From positions 1 through 64,000 of the IMG/VR virus record IMGVR_UViG_3300017700_000537: a stretch of DNA of 64,000 bases; one strand, 5' to 3'. The notes under the pieces were generated by a model. That model made no database searches and was not told the origin of the DNA. It saw only the letters and a list, made by a program, of their open reading frames with translations. The position numbers and the translations under genes were made by a program. The stretch's first letter is position 1; the number at the start of each line of letters is the position of its first letter. The DNA is from a virus (lineage: Duplodnaviria > Caudoviricetes). Positions 1 through 9,036 of the stretch are shown piece after piece.

Positions 1-1141
1 CCAGTTCCTCTATCAGGCCGGGGAACTCTTGGGTCAAGGCAGACTTCACCCTTGATTTTGCCCTGTGGCTGGAATACAATGCCCTGAACGTGGCAATCTT
101 GGCCTCTGAACGGGTTTCAAGCCTTGCGATTTCCTGCACCAGTTCGTAGATTTCACCACTGCTGGCCTTCTCTGCAAAGCGTGTTTTTGAAAGTACCGCA
201 CTATTACCCCCAATCAACCTCTCATCTCTCATTAACCCTAGCGCCAGCATCTTCATCTGGCAGTTCTTAATGTCAATACTTGCCACTCTTTCTCCTTCAA
301 TCTTAACAAAATCCAAAAAAGGTCCAGGAAGGCTCGTCATGTTGGAGAACAGCCTGCCGTTCTTGCCAATCCTTGCGTAGATGTCCCCGTTTTTAAGCTC
401 GTCCAGTGAGCGTGTCCAGGTTTCTCGGATGTCAAGCTCTTTTTCTGCGTGGAACTGTTCTTCCCGGCAAATCCGCACCCGTTTGTCCTTGTGGAACATT
501 TTTTGGCCATTGCGCTTTGCTATCTCCCGTTGCTTGTCCAAGCTCATCACCTTTCCAGTCGGGCTGTTGCCTATCCTGCACTTTGCGGCCATGAGGTCTG
601 CCGAGATTTTTCCGTCAACCGCTATCTTGGCCATGTATTCTTGGTTGGCTATCCACTGCTCCATCCTGAGCATAGCGCCGGTTCTGTCTATTTCGAGGTT
701 CTTGATGACTTTGAGCGTCCCTTCCTCCACAAACAAGAGCGGTGCCTCATCCCCGTACTCGACCAGTTCGATGGCGTCGTCGCCAAACATTGTTTGGTTT
801 ATTTTATACCTTTTGCATTTGCCTTTTCGTCCGTCCGTGTAGAAGAAATAGTAGTCGTCCACTTCGAGGATGCCGAGTTTTTTCATCGAGTTCACCACCA
901 GATGGTAGTTGTTGCCGAGCATTTTCTTCAGGTAGTTTTGGGACAACGGGACGTACTCGTGGATGTTCCGGCCAGTTTTTATCTGGTTTCGGATGATGGT
1001 GAAGGAAAAAATCACCGTCTTTGCCTTTATTTTACCCCTGTACTTATTGGAATTTATGCAGTCCGCCAAGTTTTTTGGCAGTGCGGCCCTTTTTCTGGTT
1101 GAAAAAGTCGGCGGATGTTGTATTTTTGTAGCTGATAACAT
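1..1141 (-). CDS. A-family (PolA / T7-RNAP-like) polymerase-fold protein, truncated by the window start
   Basis: Translated by hand (not in the ORF track): open from ATG 1141 to base 1, MLSATKIQHPP...YVPLSQNYLKKMLG...GRLFSNMTSLP...SIDIKNCQMKML (motif A-like)...SGEIYEL...RSEAKIATFRALYS (Rx3Kx7Y, motif B). Confidence 0.65.
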   Translation of the reverse strand, partial: MLSATKIQHPPTFSTRKRAALPKNLADCINSNKYRGKIKAKTVIFSFTIIRNQIKTGRNIHEYVPLSQNYLKKMLGNNYHLVVNSMKKLGILEVDDYYFFYTDGRKGKCKRYKINQTMFGDDAIELVEYGDEAPLLFVEEGTLKVIKNLEIDRTGAMLRMEQWIANQEYMAKIAVDGKISADLMAAKCRIGNSPTGKVMSLDKQREIAKRNGQKMFHKDKRVRICREEQFHAEKELDIRETWTRSLDELKNGDIYARIGKNGRLFSNMTSLPGPFLDFVKIEGERVASIDIKNCQMKMLALGLMRDERLIGGNSAVLSKTRFAEKASSGEIYELVQEIARLETRSEAKIATFRALYSSHRAKSRVKSALTQEFPGLIEEL

Positions 1142-1200
1142 AGAACCGTAAAGTTAGCACATCTGACGATATTTCCAAAGAAATCGCTAATTTTTTACGC

Positions 1201-1234
1201 AATACCCAAGAAGTCAGCTTGGGTATTTTTTTTG
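1201..1234 (+). terminator. Hairpin AATACCCAAG/CTTGGGTATT followed by a T-run
   Basis: Perfect 10-bp inverted repeat with a 7-nt loop; the T-tract is on the + side, so it faces antisense to the local genes. Confidence 0.4.
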
Positions 1235-1286
1235 GATACCAAGGCCACCACATTTCTGTGGCGACCAAGGCAATCCAAAGAAATCT

Positions 1287-1766
1287 TTACTCATCATCCC
1301 CATCCGGGTCACTCTTCTTCATGTCGGCCAGATAATCCTCTTCGCTTGGCAGCTTGTCCAATGGATATATCGTGTGTTGGCCATGAAACTCGGAGATGAA
1401 AACATTCTCCTTGAAATCAATGGTGTAAAAGCCTTCGCACCATTGAAGTGCTTCATCTTCGTCGGTGTGAACCACGAACTTCACTTCTCCGTCCTCAATC
1501 ATTTTGTGGATTCGAGAGCCACAGTCACGGCTAAGGTACGGGTAAACTTTCGTCCATTCTGGCGTTTCGTCAACCAGCTTCCGTTGCTCGTCATTGATGA
1601 GCGGAACCTTGTCAAGCTCCGATTGGTACTTGGTGAGGTCGCCGGATTTCAGGTATTCAAGGATTGATTTGCCCTGTCCGTCAGGATAGCCGTCCCATTG
1701 TCCGTACTGTGCGATTTTCACTTCACCTTCCTTGTTGATTACTGTTTGGAAATGTCTCGTTCCCAT
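1287..1766 (-). CDS. Hypothetical early phage protein
   Basis: ORF 1287..1862; likely start MGTRHFQTV at 1766 after an A-rich leader. Confidence 0.7.
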   Translation of the reverse strand: MGTRHFQTVINKEGEVKIAQYGQWDGYPDGQGKSILEYLKSGDLTKYQSELDKVPLINDEQRKLVDETPEWTKVYPYLSRDCGSRIHKMIEDGEVKFVVHTDEDEALQWCEGFYTIDFKENVFISEFHGQHTIYPLDKLPSEEDYLADMKKSDPDGDDE

Positions 1767-1868
1767 GATTGATATTTTTTTTGATTGTTGAAAAATTAGT
1801 TTAAAAAATCCCGGCAACCCACCAAGAATCCATTTCGCTGGAGGGTAAAAATGGGCTGCCATGGATTG

Positions 1869-2585
1869 TTATTTGATTAGTTTGCGAGGGGCTAACACCT
1901 TGATAGCCTCACCATTAAGTTTATTACCGATGCTTGATTCGCTGAACGGCCAGTAATTGTCGTCTATGTTAATGTACTGGTCGCCTTCCTCTATCACATC
2001 CCCCTCCACGAAGGGGCGGTAACGGGGTTCTGCCGATATTTTTCGGCGAAGTAGTTTGTCTTGCGCAGCCATTGGCCCCAAAATATTCCCAATGTCATCG
2101 GTATTCACTTCCCATCTTCCTGGCCAAATCTGTTCCTCATCACCCTCTTGGATTGTTTCACCCGCTTCAAGGTATCGGTATTCGCCGATTGGTTCCGTTG
2201 GTTCATCCTCAGCCGGTACTTCCTCGTCCTCCTTCGTGTTTTCCCAGTCAATGTTGTCGCCGAAGTCGTTCATGTACTGCTGGTGTTCGTGGCAATGTTT
2301 CGCTTTTGCTGCCTCGGCCAGTTTATCATCAATTTGTTCGTCGGTAAGCCCTGTTGTGTCAATTATCACCCTTATCAGGGGCGAATAGTTCACAAGGAAG
2401 GCTACCCTGCCTGTAAATTGGATTTCACGGCGAAACTCATTACTTAACTCCTCCATCCTCGTAATTGCTTCATCGCCATTTACTTTGCTTATCTTTCGCC
2501 ATGTTCCGCCATTGAAATCTTCGTCGAAGCATTCATCGCCAGCTTGTACGGTTTCGCCTTCTGTCAAAAATCTGTACTTTTTCAT
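1869..2585 (-). CDS. Hypothetical protein with three YRxLxxGExIxxGD repeats
   Basis: Likely start MKKYRF at 2585 (the track's start lies in the tRNA-like element); repeats YRFLTEGETVQAGDE, YRYLEAGETIQEGDE, YRPFVEGDVIEEGDQ. Confidence 0.7.
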   Translation of the reverse strand: MKKYRFLTEGETVQAGDECFDEDFNGGTWRKISKVNGDEAITRMEELSNEFRREIQFTGRVAFLVNYSPLIRVIIDTTGLTDEQIDDKLAEAAKAKHCHEHQQYMNDFGDNIDWENTKEDEEVPAEDEPTEPIGEYRYLEAGETIQEGDEEQIWPGRWEVNTDDIGNILGPMAAQDKLLRRKISAEPRYRPFVEGDVIEEGDQYINIDDNYWPFSESSIGNKLNGEAIKVLAPRKLIK

Positions 2586-2617
2586 AATTGATAAATTTTT
2601 AAGTGTGAATTGATTAG

Positions 2618-2692
2618 TTGCTGCGACGGGATTTGAACCCGCATACATCAGGACATGACCCCGACTCTTTCGGCCAATTAAGTTACGCAGCA
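2618..2692 (-). tRNA. tRNA-like gene, anticodon CAT (Met/Ile2), atypical
   Basis: Cloverleaf folded by hand: acceptor TGCTGCG/CGCAGCA, anticodon stem TCGGG/CCTGA with loop GTCATGT, T-arm GCGGG-TTCAAAT-CCCGT; no encoded CCA; G32/T38 are non-canonical. Confidence 0.6.
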
Positions 2693-2784
2693 TTGTTAAA
2701 AAATCCCGGCAAATCCCAAGTGAAAGTTCAGGGGCGAAGCAACCTTCCTACCCCTGCTTATCATTCACTCAAAAATTACCATGT

Positions 2785-3135
2785 TTATTCGTAAATCCTA
2801 TCCGCTCCCACATTTGACCGCAGATAGACCTTTTTGACAGTCCCCTTTTCCAGAATCAGAAGATAGTGCCCTGCCGAAGTCTCCACTTCGCAGCTATCCA
2901 CCGACTTTGACTGAAAAAGGATTTGTTCCAGCCATTCCTGGCCATTCTCCGACACTTTGAGCTTTCCGGGGAGCAGTTGGATGGCCGATGGGCAAATGCG
3001 CTCCTCTGTGCCGTCCCTGTCCTTTAAGATTAGTTTGTCGAAGCTCCCGCTTTGGCACCTCACTTTTACAGTGAAAAGCAGTCCGGCAATGATTAGCAGG
3101 ATGATGGGCCAAAGGCTTTTGATGTTGTCTTTCAT
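2785..3135 (-). CDS. Exported hypothetical protein (signal peptide followed by Gln)
   Basis: MKDNIKSLWPIILLIIAGLLFTVKVRC-Q N-terminus. Confidence 0.65.
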   Translation of the reverse strand: MKDNIKSLWPIILLIIAGLLFTVKVRCQSGSFDKLILKDRDGTEERICPSAIQLLPGKLKVSENGQEWLEQILFQSKSVDSCEVETSAGHYLLILEKGTVKKVYLRSNVGADRIYE

Positions 3136-3175
3136 GTGATATTGATTTTAGTTGTGATTGGATTGCCGGGATTTT

Positions 3176-3385
3176 TCAACCTTCATCTTCCATCAAATCA
3201 TCAGTTAGATTTTCAAGATATTTCAACTTCTCCTCTCTTGTCATACCTTCTCTTGGCCATTCGACCTTTAAGATGGCGTCCCTTACTTTTTCGTCCTTAG
3301 CTTGAGCTGCCTTTTTGTCAAGTTTGTAGCCCTTTCGGCTGTTTAGCCTTTTGATGATTTCTTCGTCGTGGTTGTGGAAACTCAT
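3176..3385 (-). CDS. Small hypothetical protein
   Basis: ORF 3176..3415; likely start MSFHNH. Confidence 0.5.
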   Translation of the reverse strand: MSFHNHDEEIIKRLNSRKGYKLDKKAAQAKDEKVRDAILKVEWPREGMTREEKLKYLENLTDDLMEDEG

Positions 3386-3429
3386 TTTATTGGTATTTAG
3401 TGGATGTACTTGCATCCGTGATTGATTTT

Positions 3430-3636
3430 TTACCTACTCCAGTCATTGAAGCCTGACATAAACCCAATGGGGTCTTTCCTCCTTGTCAGCGTTCCAAGCT
3501 CCCGCCTGTTGTAGGCGTTTCTAACCACTTTGTCGCTGGCAAGGTAACAAAGGTCATCTAATGCGCTTTCTTCGCTGTGGATGTCATTGAGTAGTTCGTT
3601 GAGATGTTTTTCGTAATTCTTTTTAGTCTTTAGCAT
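3430..3636 (-). CDS. Small hypothetical protein
   Basis: ORF 3430..3660; likely start MLKTKK after an A-rich leader. Confidence 0.55.
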   Translation of the reverse strand: MLKTKKNYEKHLNELLNDIHSEESALDDLCYLASDKVVRNAYNRRELGTLTRRKDPIGFMSGFNDWSR

Positions 3637-3704
3637 GGCAATTTTAAGTTTTCCCACCAAAAAATCCCGGCAAACACCAGTATTTATTGATAGTTTGTTA
3701 AGAA

Positions 3705-3778
3705 AAGAACCACCAGCGGCGAAGCACTAAGAACGTGCAAGGTAGTGGCCGCTGGGGTGTTGGTTCCGATTACGTTAC
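3705..3778 (-). terminator. Long bulged hairpin with U-tract (terminator or small structured RNA)
   Basis: On the minus strand GAACCA..CCAGCGGC pairs with GCCGCTGG-TGGTTC and is followed by TTTT; inner GCAC/GTGC stem. Confidence 0.4.
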
Positions 3779-3794
3779 GTCTTTGGTTTTGGTG

Positions 3795-4070
3795 TTAATG
3801 ATAAACGAGTTTGTCAATCTCGCTCGGTTCCACTTCTTTGAAGCCGTGAGACTTGAGATAGTTTTCTGTTTCGTAGCCTATCTCTTGAAAGTCTGGGAAC
3901 TGCCTGAAAATCTTGGCCACATTTTCTATTGGCGAGTTTATCCAAGTTCCAGGATAAGTCCCCGAAAGTGTAATGTAGGGCATTTCCAGTTTTACTTTGT
4001 TGCCGTTGGCGTTTACAAGGAAAACGATGTCCTTGTTTTCTTTTTTGATTTTTGAATATTCGTATGGCAT
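3795..4070 (-). CDS. Hypothetical protein
   Basis: 91-aa ORF in the leftward early arm with the shared ..TACC-ATG leader. Confidence 0.6.
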   Translation of the reverse strand: MPYEYSKIKKENKDIVFLVNANGNKVKLEMPYITLSGTYPGTWINSPIENVAKIFRQFPDFQEIGYETENYLKSHGFKEVEPSEIDKLVYH

Positions 4071-4082
4071 GGTATTTACTTT

Positions 4083-4547
4083 TTAGCGGCGGTAAAATTT
4101 AATGAAGGTCAAATCTTGGTTGTAGGTAACTCGCAACTCAGGGCCAATGCCCCAGTATGCCCCGCCTTTGTCGTACCCTTCGCAAAGCTGCACCTTGCGG
4201 TCAAATGTTTTGCCTGTGTCGTACCACTTTCCGTTTTCATGGAAGTATTCACCTTTGTACTTGGTGGCGATGGGGCATTCATTCACGTTACCCCTACCCA
4301 TTGGCGCACCCCGTTTGCAGTCCAGCTTTTCAACTACCAGTTTAAAAAGCCCTGCACTGGTCGCAATTGTCGAGGCTGGCAACGTTGCGAATTCATGGTC
4401 AAACACCCTCACAACGGCGCAAATTGCGCTCGGTGGGCAATTCAGCGTTCCCGGTAGCGTCTCCAAAAGTGTTTGCTTGTCGGTGGATGTTGTTTTTAGG
4501 TAGTCGAAGCCGTTGTCGTGCTTGACTTTTACAAAAAAGTTTTGCAT
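4083..4547 (-). CDS. Hypothetical protein, paralog of 6596..6886
   Basis: Shares GAPMGRxN...FDRKVxL..GYDKGGAYWG...LRVxY..DLTFIKFYR with the paralog. Confidence 0.75.
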   Translation of the reverse strand: MQNFFVKVKHDNGFDYLKTTSTDKQTLLETLPGTLNCPPSAICAVVRVFDHEFATLPASTIATSAGLFKLVVEKLDCKRGAPMGRGNVNECPIATKYKGEYFHENGKWYDTGKTFDRKVQLCEGYDKGGAYWGIGPELRVTYNQDLTFIKFYRR

Positions 4548-4610
4548 GGTATTTAAAATTTAAGTGTGAAAAAATTAGTTTACTAAAAAATCCCGGCAAA
4601 ATCAAAGGTA

Positions 4611-4640
4611 AAAACGGGGCAAACAAAAACGCTTGCCCCA
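4611..4640 (-). terminator. Intrinsic terminator after 4659..5252
   Basis: GGGGCAA/TTGCCCC stem with a T-run on the minus strand. Confidence 0.45.
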
Positions 4641-4658
4641 CTATTCTACCATGTGCAA

Positions 4659-5252
4659 TTATACCTGTTTGCCGTCTTCGTCGAATTCGTATTCGTTGGC
4701 TTCGCAAGCATCTTTGAAATATTCCATGCTTGACTGCCATTCGGAATCGGCGTCCAATGCCTCCTCCCATGCGTTCCCGCATTCGTTCATCAAATCCATA
4801 AAGTCGGTGTTTTTGTTTGGCTTTTTGAGGAAGGCGTAGATAGGGGCAAGGATAGAATCGTCCATGCAATATCCGGTCATTACGCAAGATGTTTCAAGCT
4901 GAATTTTGGAATACCTTTTTTTGTAGTGGTATTTCCTGTTTTCATCATAACGACCACTAGTTGAGTAGTATTTGCCTTTGAACAAGTCCATTTTGTAGTT
5001 ATTCCAAATGTAGGTCGCAAGTCGTTGTCCGGTCAAGTTCTCCACCGATTCCTCGCCCGTGAACGTTATATCGTTCCAGTTCCTACCGTTGTTTTTTACC
5101 GGAAAAATGTCAAGGAATTTTTTCCAGCTATCCAAATTTTCCTCGCTCCAGTCGTTCGGATAACCTTTTGACAAGTATTCGTTGTGGGCGTTCTCTTTTG
5201 CTTTGTCGCTTAGTTCAGCGAATTGATAGGCTTTGATTTCAATTGTGCGCAT
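4659..5252 (-). CDS. Early-region protein resembling the 'MRTIExxxYxFxELSDxAKE...YEFxEDG' family of phage/plasmid leading regions
   Basis: N-terminal MRTIEIKAYQFAELSDKAKE and C-terminal NEYEFDEDGK; family recognised from memory, function uncertain. Confidence 0.6.
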   Translation of the reverse strand: MRTIEIKAYQFAELSDKAKENAHNEYLSKGYPNDWSEENLDSWKKFLDIFPVKNNGRNWNDITFTGEESVENLTGQRLATYIWNNYKMDLFKGKYYSTSGRYDENRKYHYKKRYSKIQLETSCVMTGYCMDDSILAPIYAFLKKPNKNTDFMDLMNECGNAWEEALDADSEWQSSMEYFKDACEANEYEFDEDGKQV

Positions 5253-5486
5253 GGTTGATAAGTTTTAAAATGTTATGGTAAATTGTGCCTGTTGTCGGTA
5301 CTGCCCCGACTTTTCCACTGTTAAGGCGTCCTATTGATACTATCTCTTAGACGAAAATTACCCGGTCGTGGCGTCCTCTCATTTATAGACGAAACAGGTT
5401 AAAAAATCTCGGCAAAACCTAAGCCCTGCCTAGTTTGTGCGGCCAAAGGCTTGCACCAGTGGCGTTAACCTTTGGCCGCTTGGGTG

Positions 5487-6020
5487 TTACTGAATTTCCT
5501 GCAATTGTTCAATTTCGCTATCCGTCCAAATTGAAGACACATTCAGCCATTCCTTGCAAACTGCCTTGTAAGTCTTTTTTGCCGTCCGGCTGTCTGTGTC
5601 ATAGCCAAGGTCGCTGCAAAAGTTTTCAAACGTTCCCGGATCGTATTTTGTGAGGCAAGCTAAAATACTGTATGCGTCCGGGGCTTTTGGATAGTGGATA
5701 ATATCACTTTTGCCGTTGTTCAGAAATTGCCCCGAACTTTCACGTCTTACAAATGCGAGAAGGTTTGAGCGCTCCCAATCCAGTTTTTTACGGTCAATTT
5801 CGACCTTGCGCCGCCCCATCGTGTAGTAAAATCCGCTATCATTCAATGAATTGCCAAATTTTAGCTTAAACTCGCGGCTGCCCCGCTTAACGGTGACGTC
5901 GTAAATATCCCGCCTTTCTTTGTCTCCAGCGAAATGATAGTCGTTTGCGGAGAAAACTATTTCGATAGTTGTGTCGGTAGCGGCCAAAAAGTCGGCGGCC
6001 TGTTTTTGATAGTCTTGCAT
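5487..6020 (-). CDS. Conserved hypothetical early phage protein
   Basis: 177-aa ORF with PDAYSILACLTKYDPGTFENFCSDLGYDTDS; followed by a CGGCCAAAGG/CCTTTGGCCG hairpin (about 5440-5478). Confidence 0.7.
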   Translation of the reverse strand: MQDYQKQAADFLAATDTTIEIVFSANDYHFAGDKERRDIYDVTVKRGSREFKLKFGNSLNDSGFYYTMGRRKVEIDRKKLDWERSNLLAFVRRESSGQFLNNGKSDIIHYPKAPDAYSILACLTKYDPGTFENFCSDLGYDTDSRTAKKTYKAVCKEWLNVSSIWTDSEIEQLQEIQ

Positions 6021-6107
6021 GGTAAGATTAATTTTAGAATGTGATTAAAAAAGTTTGCCCCGTTGTCGGTATTGCTCCGGTTGTCATTCGCTGCAACGGG
6101 TGAAAAG

Positions 6108-6479
6108 TTAAGCGCAAAATTTCGGCTGTGTCCAATTTGCGGCCTGTTCCTGTGAGATTTGCCGGGATTTTTGAAGCATATCAACGAAACAGTTCCACTC
6201 AAAGCGCAAAAGTGGTTTATCGGTCTTGTCTAGGCTTGGTAGAAACTCCGCTTTAAACTGTTTCTCAGCCGTTGTTTTTGTAATTGCGTCCGGTATGTAG
6301 TCGGGGTTTTCAACCTTGCGGCCCTTTATCCTGTATGGGATATGTGGCACATTTTCTTTGTAGCACTTTATTTGCGCCCTTGCTTCTCTCAATGTGGCAT
6401 CGGTTGTTTCGTCCTCCCAAATGCCGTAATAGTAGCCTTGTATGGCATATTCTTTGATGAATTTTGGATTGTAACGCAT
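6108..6479 (-). CDS. Hypothetical protein
   Basis: 123-aa ORF with the shared leader. Confidence 0.6.
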   Translation of the reverse strand: MRYNPKFIKEYAIQGYYYGIWEDETTDATLREARAQIKCYKENVPHIPYRIKGRKVENPDYIPDAITKTTAEKQFKAEFLPSLDKTDKPLLRFEWNCFVDMLQKSRQISQEQAANWTQPKFCA

Positions 6480-6535
6480 GGTAAAAGTTATTTTAAGTGT
6501 TAATAGGTCAAAATTCCCGGCAAAAGAAAAGTTTT

Positions 6536-6566
6536 AAAAGAGTAGGGCGCAAAGAATCGCCCTACT
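6536..6566 (-). terminator. Intrinsic terminator after 6596..6886
   Basis: AGTAGGGCG/CGCCCTACT 9-bp stem, then CTTTT on the minus strand. Confidence 0.55.
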
Positions 6567-6595
6567 GCCTAAAAATCTATCTCTCATGCAAAAAT

Positions 6596-6886
6596 TTAGG
6601 TTATTGGTTCGTTGCGGTAGAATTTGATGAAGGTCAAGTCTTCGCTATATTTTACCCGTAAATTATCAGGGAATCCCCAGTATGCCCCTCCTTTATCGTA
6701 CCCGCCACTGTCAAGCGGTACTTTTCGGTCAAAAATCCTACCTTTTACGTTGTAGTATTTTGTTCCGTTGTGAAATTCTTGTACAACATCCGGCAAGGTG
6801 TTAAACCTTCCCATCGGAGCGCCGTATTGAGTATTGCATTTTTTGATTATCATTTTGAACAGTTCGGAGCTTTTTACTTTTTGCAT
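6596..6886 (-). CDS. Hypothetical protein, paralog of 4083..4547
   Basis: Shared GYDKGGAYWG motif and DNA similarity (ccccagtatgccc..cctttrtcgtaccc). Confidence 0.75.
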   Translation of the reverse strand: MQKVKSSELFKMIIKKCNTQYGAPMGRFNTLPDVVQEFHNGTKYYNVKGRIFDRKVPLDSGGYDKGGAYWGFPDNLRVKYSEDLTFIKFYRNEPIT

Positions 6887-6930
6887 GGAATGAATATTGA
6901 AAAGGTGAAAGGTTGAAAAATCCCGGAAAA

Positions 6931-7113
6931 TCAAAAATGGCCGATAGGTTGGTGCATCTCAATGCAAGCGATACCGTGCGAAGTATCACGGCAAGCGAAT
7001 GCAATGTAGTTATCTTGCGAAGGCCTACCAAATGCGTACCAGTATTGGCCTTTTGCGTCTGAATAGACAAAGCCAAGTATTTTTCTGCCGTTTTTTACTA
7101 ATGTCTTTTTCAT
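6931..7113 (-). CDS. Small hypothetical protein
   Basis: 60-aa ORF MKKTLVKNGRK, co-oriented with the early arm. Confidence 0.55.
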   Translation of the reverse strand: MKKTLVKNGRKILGFVYSDAKGQYWYAFGRPSQDNYIAFACRDTSHGIACIEMHQPIGHF

Positions 7114-7201
7114 GTTGAGAAGATTTTAATTGTTTGCACCTTGTTTGCATCGAAGTACGGGCGCAAAGCCAAGTTAGGCAGTCCCGCAAGGTGTTTGAAT
7201 G

Positions 7202-7441
7202 TTAGGCTATTTCAAAAATTTCTGGCATGTATTCAATTGGCATTCCTGTATTATTCCAATCGGTTATGCCAATCGTCCCATCGTCCAATTTAAACCTAAT
7301 TTGTCCAGCATTTTTTACCGTTCCAGCTATCAGGTGTGCGGCTTCTTTTTTTGTGAGACGTTGAAAGTCGCAACCATAAGCGTATTTATTAAGTCTCCAA
7401 AAACCAGTTCCAATTGGTAGAATTACTAATGTAACTTGCAT
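7202..7441 (-). CDS. Small hypothetical protein
   Basis: 79-aa ORF preceded by the TCACACTTAAA..TTACC-ATG leader. Confidence 0.6.
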   Translation of the reverse strand: MQVTLVILPIGTGFWRLNKYAYGCDFQRLTKKEAAHLIAGTVKNAGQIRFKLDDGTIGITDWNNTGMPIEYMPEIFEIA

Positions 7442-8060
7442 GGTAAGTTAAATTTAAGTGTGAGAAATTGCACCTTGTTAACATCAAAGTTCACGGTAGA
7501 TCCGCAAGGTGTATTATAAGCGTTCAGTCGCTTCTACGATTTGCAACGGTTGAACATCCCCGTATTAAGTAGAAAGACTATCTACTGCAAATCGGTATCG
7601 TTTATTTTAGTTTGTTTGGACGATAACCACCAAACAAACAGGGCAAAAAATCCCGGCAAACAAACTAATTGCTAGTAAGTTTGTGGCCGTTGAGCGGAAT
7701 ACTTTTGCCCAAAGAATGTCAACGTCTTGACTGTTATCAGCCGCAAGACACATTTTCAAGTCAATGAATACGGTAGTTGATAGCGTAGGCATTCGCCGTC
7801 TTGCAAACTCAATTGCATCAATCACAGCTCGGCCAGGCCGGTAAAAAATCCCGGCAAACAAGTGATAAAAACAGTTGTACTTTGTAACGTCTAAAATCGA
7901 AGAAACGAATGTGAAAACCATTTAGGCACTGTTCGCAAGGTCGCTAGTAATGTGCCGTATTTTCACCCACATTGAAAGGCTTAGAATCTGGTCGAAATTG
8001 TAGGGATGTTTAAGCCCTGTTAATCTGTCCGTATCGCTGCGCTTTCGCTGTTTGATGATG

Positions 8061-8092
8061 CAAAGATGGGGTAAGAAATTGGATTTGTCAAG
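8061..8092 (-). promoter_or_regulatory. Leftward Bacteroidota sigma-A-type promoter for the early arm
   Basis: Minus strand TTGACAAA...CATCTTTGCA, a near match to TTTG / TAnnTTTG. Confidence 0.5.
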
Positions 8093-8564
8093 CCTTTGAG
8101 AATAAAATATTTACTTGGTAACGATATGAAATCGCATAACTCATTGATACTCTAAGCATAACAAGTAAAATGGAAAAATGTAAGCAATGGTAAAAAATCC
8201 CGGCAAACAACAAGCCATCCTAAAGAATCAGCACTAAGAAGGACTACCAATACAAGGAACACACAAGAAAGTAGCACAGAACGCAGCAAATAGGGCAAGG
8301 ATAGGCAGCAACAACTCAAAGCAGGGGCAGCAATAGCCAAGAGGTGCAAGATAGGGCGAACAATGGCCAAATGTGGGAGGAACAAAGCCAAGAACCAGGC
8401 AATAGTGGGAGAAAATAGCAGGAAAACAGGCTTAATTGGTGGCTAGGTGTAGATTGTAGGACGATATTTAGGCGGTTTGTGGGGTGTGGTGGGAATGAGA
8501 GGCGAGGAAGGGGAGGATGGGAGGGGGTGGGGTTGTTCCACTACGCCAACACTACGTCACTTAG

Positions 8565-8669
8565 AAGTGTGTGTTCTACACTTATAACCTGACCTCCGAA
8601 CAAGTGTAGAATACACACTTATCTAACACCTAAATTGCGCTACTGTGATTAATCACATTAATCACAGTA
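8565..8669. repeat. Two adjacent long inverted repeats
   Basis: AAGTGTGTGTTCTACACTT (8565-8583) vs AAGTGTAGAATACACACTT (8602-8620), 18/19 match; TACTGTGATTAAT (8641-8653) vs ATTAATCACAGTA (8657-8669), perfect. Confidence 0.9.
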
Positions 8670-9036
8670 AGCGTTTCACTCTCACGCTAATACAGTAGAT
8701 AAGGTGTTCATTATCAATTAGTTACAACATTTCACGCCTGATTGAGCAAAGAGGTATTTAGACGCTGCATTGCATTCAGCCGCAAGGTTTTACGCTAATG
8801 GAGAAAAAGCAGGCAATTTGGCATGAAAAAAGAGACCCCACCCGGTATTGAATCCCGCATTTCTTTTGTTGAGCCGTTTCTGAAATCGTAGGGATAACCC
8901 CCACTCCCTCCCCACACCCAAAAATTTTTACGATGGCTGCACAAAAAACTCCAATGTAGTAGCCCAAAATCCACCCCCACCCCATTTTTTATACAAACTT
9001 TTTTCACCCACCTATTTCATTACGCCAAAACATTCG

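Noticed and set aside
381-1102. Plus-strand ORFs of 153 aa and 217 aa in the ORF track
   Set aside because: Antisense shadows of the minus-strand polymerase-like ORF; no recognisable motifs
7607-7921. 104-aa minus-strand ORF containing LFAGIF twice
   Set aside because: Plausible by position, but no motif support and the repeats are just motif copies; left uncalled
1803-8207. Recurrent motif copies separated by unique sequence read as a CRISPR array
   Set aside because: Spacing is irregular (200-1000 bp), intervening DNA is protein-coding, both orientations occur and no cas genes are present
8152-8391. Hydrophobic 79-aa minus-strand ORF
   Set aside because: Arises from a low-complexity purine-rich tract, has no convincing start context and lies in the non-coding hub
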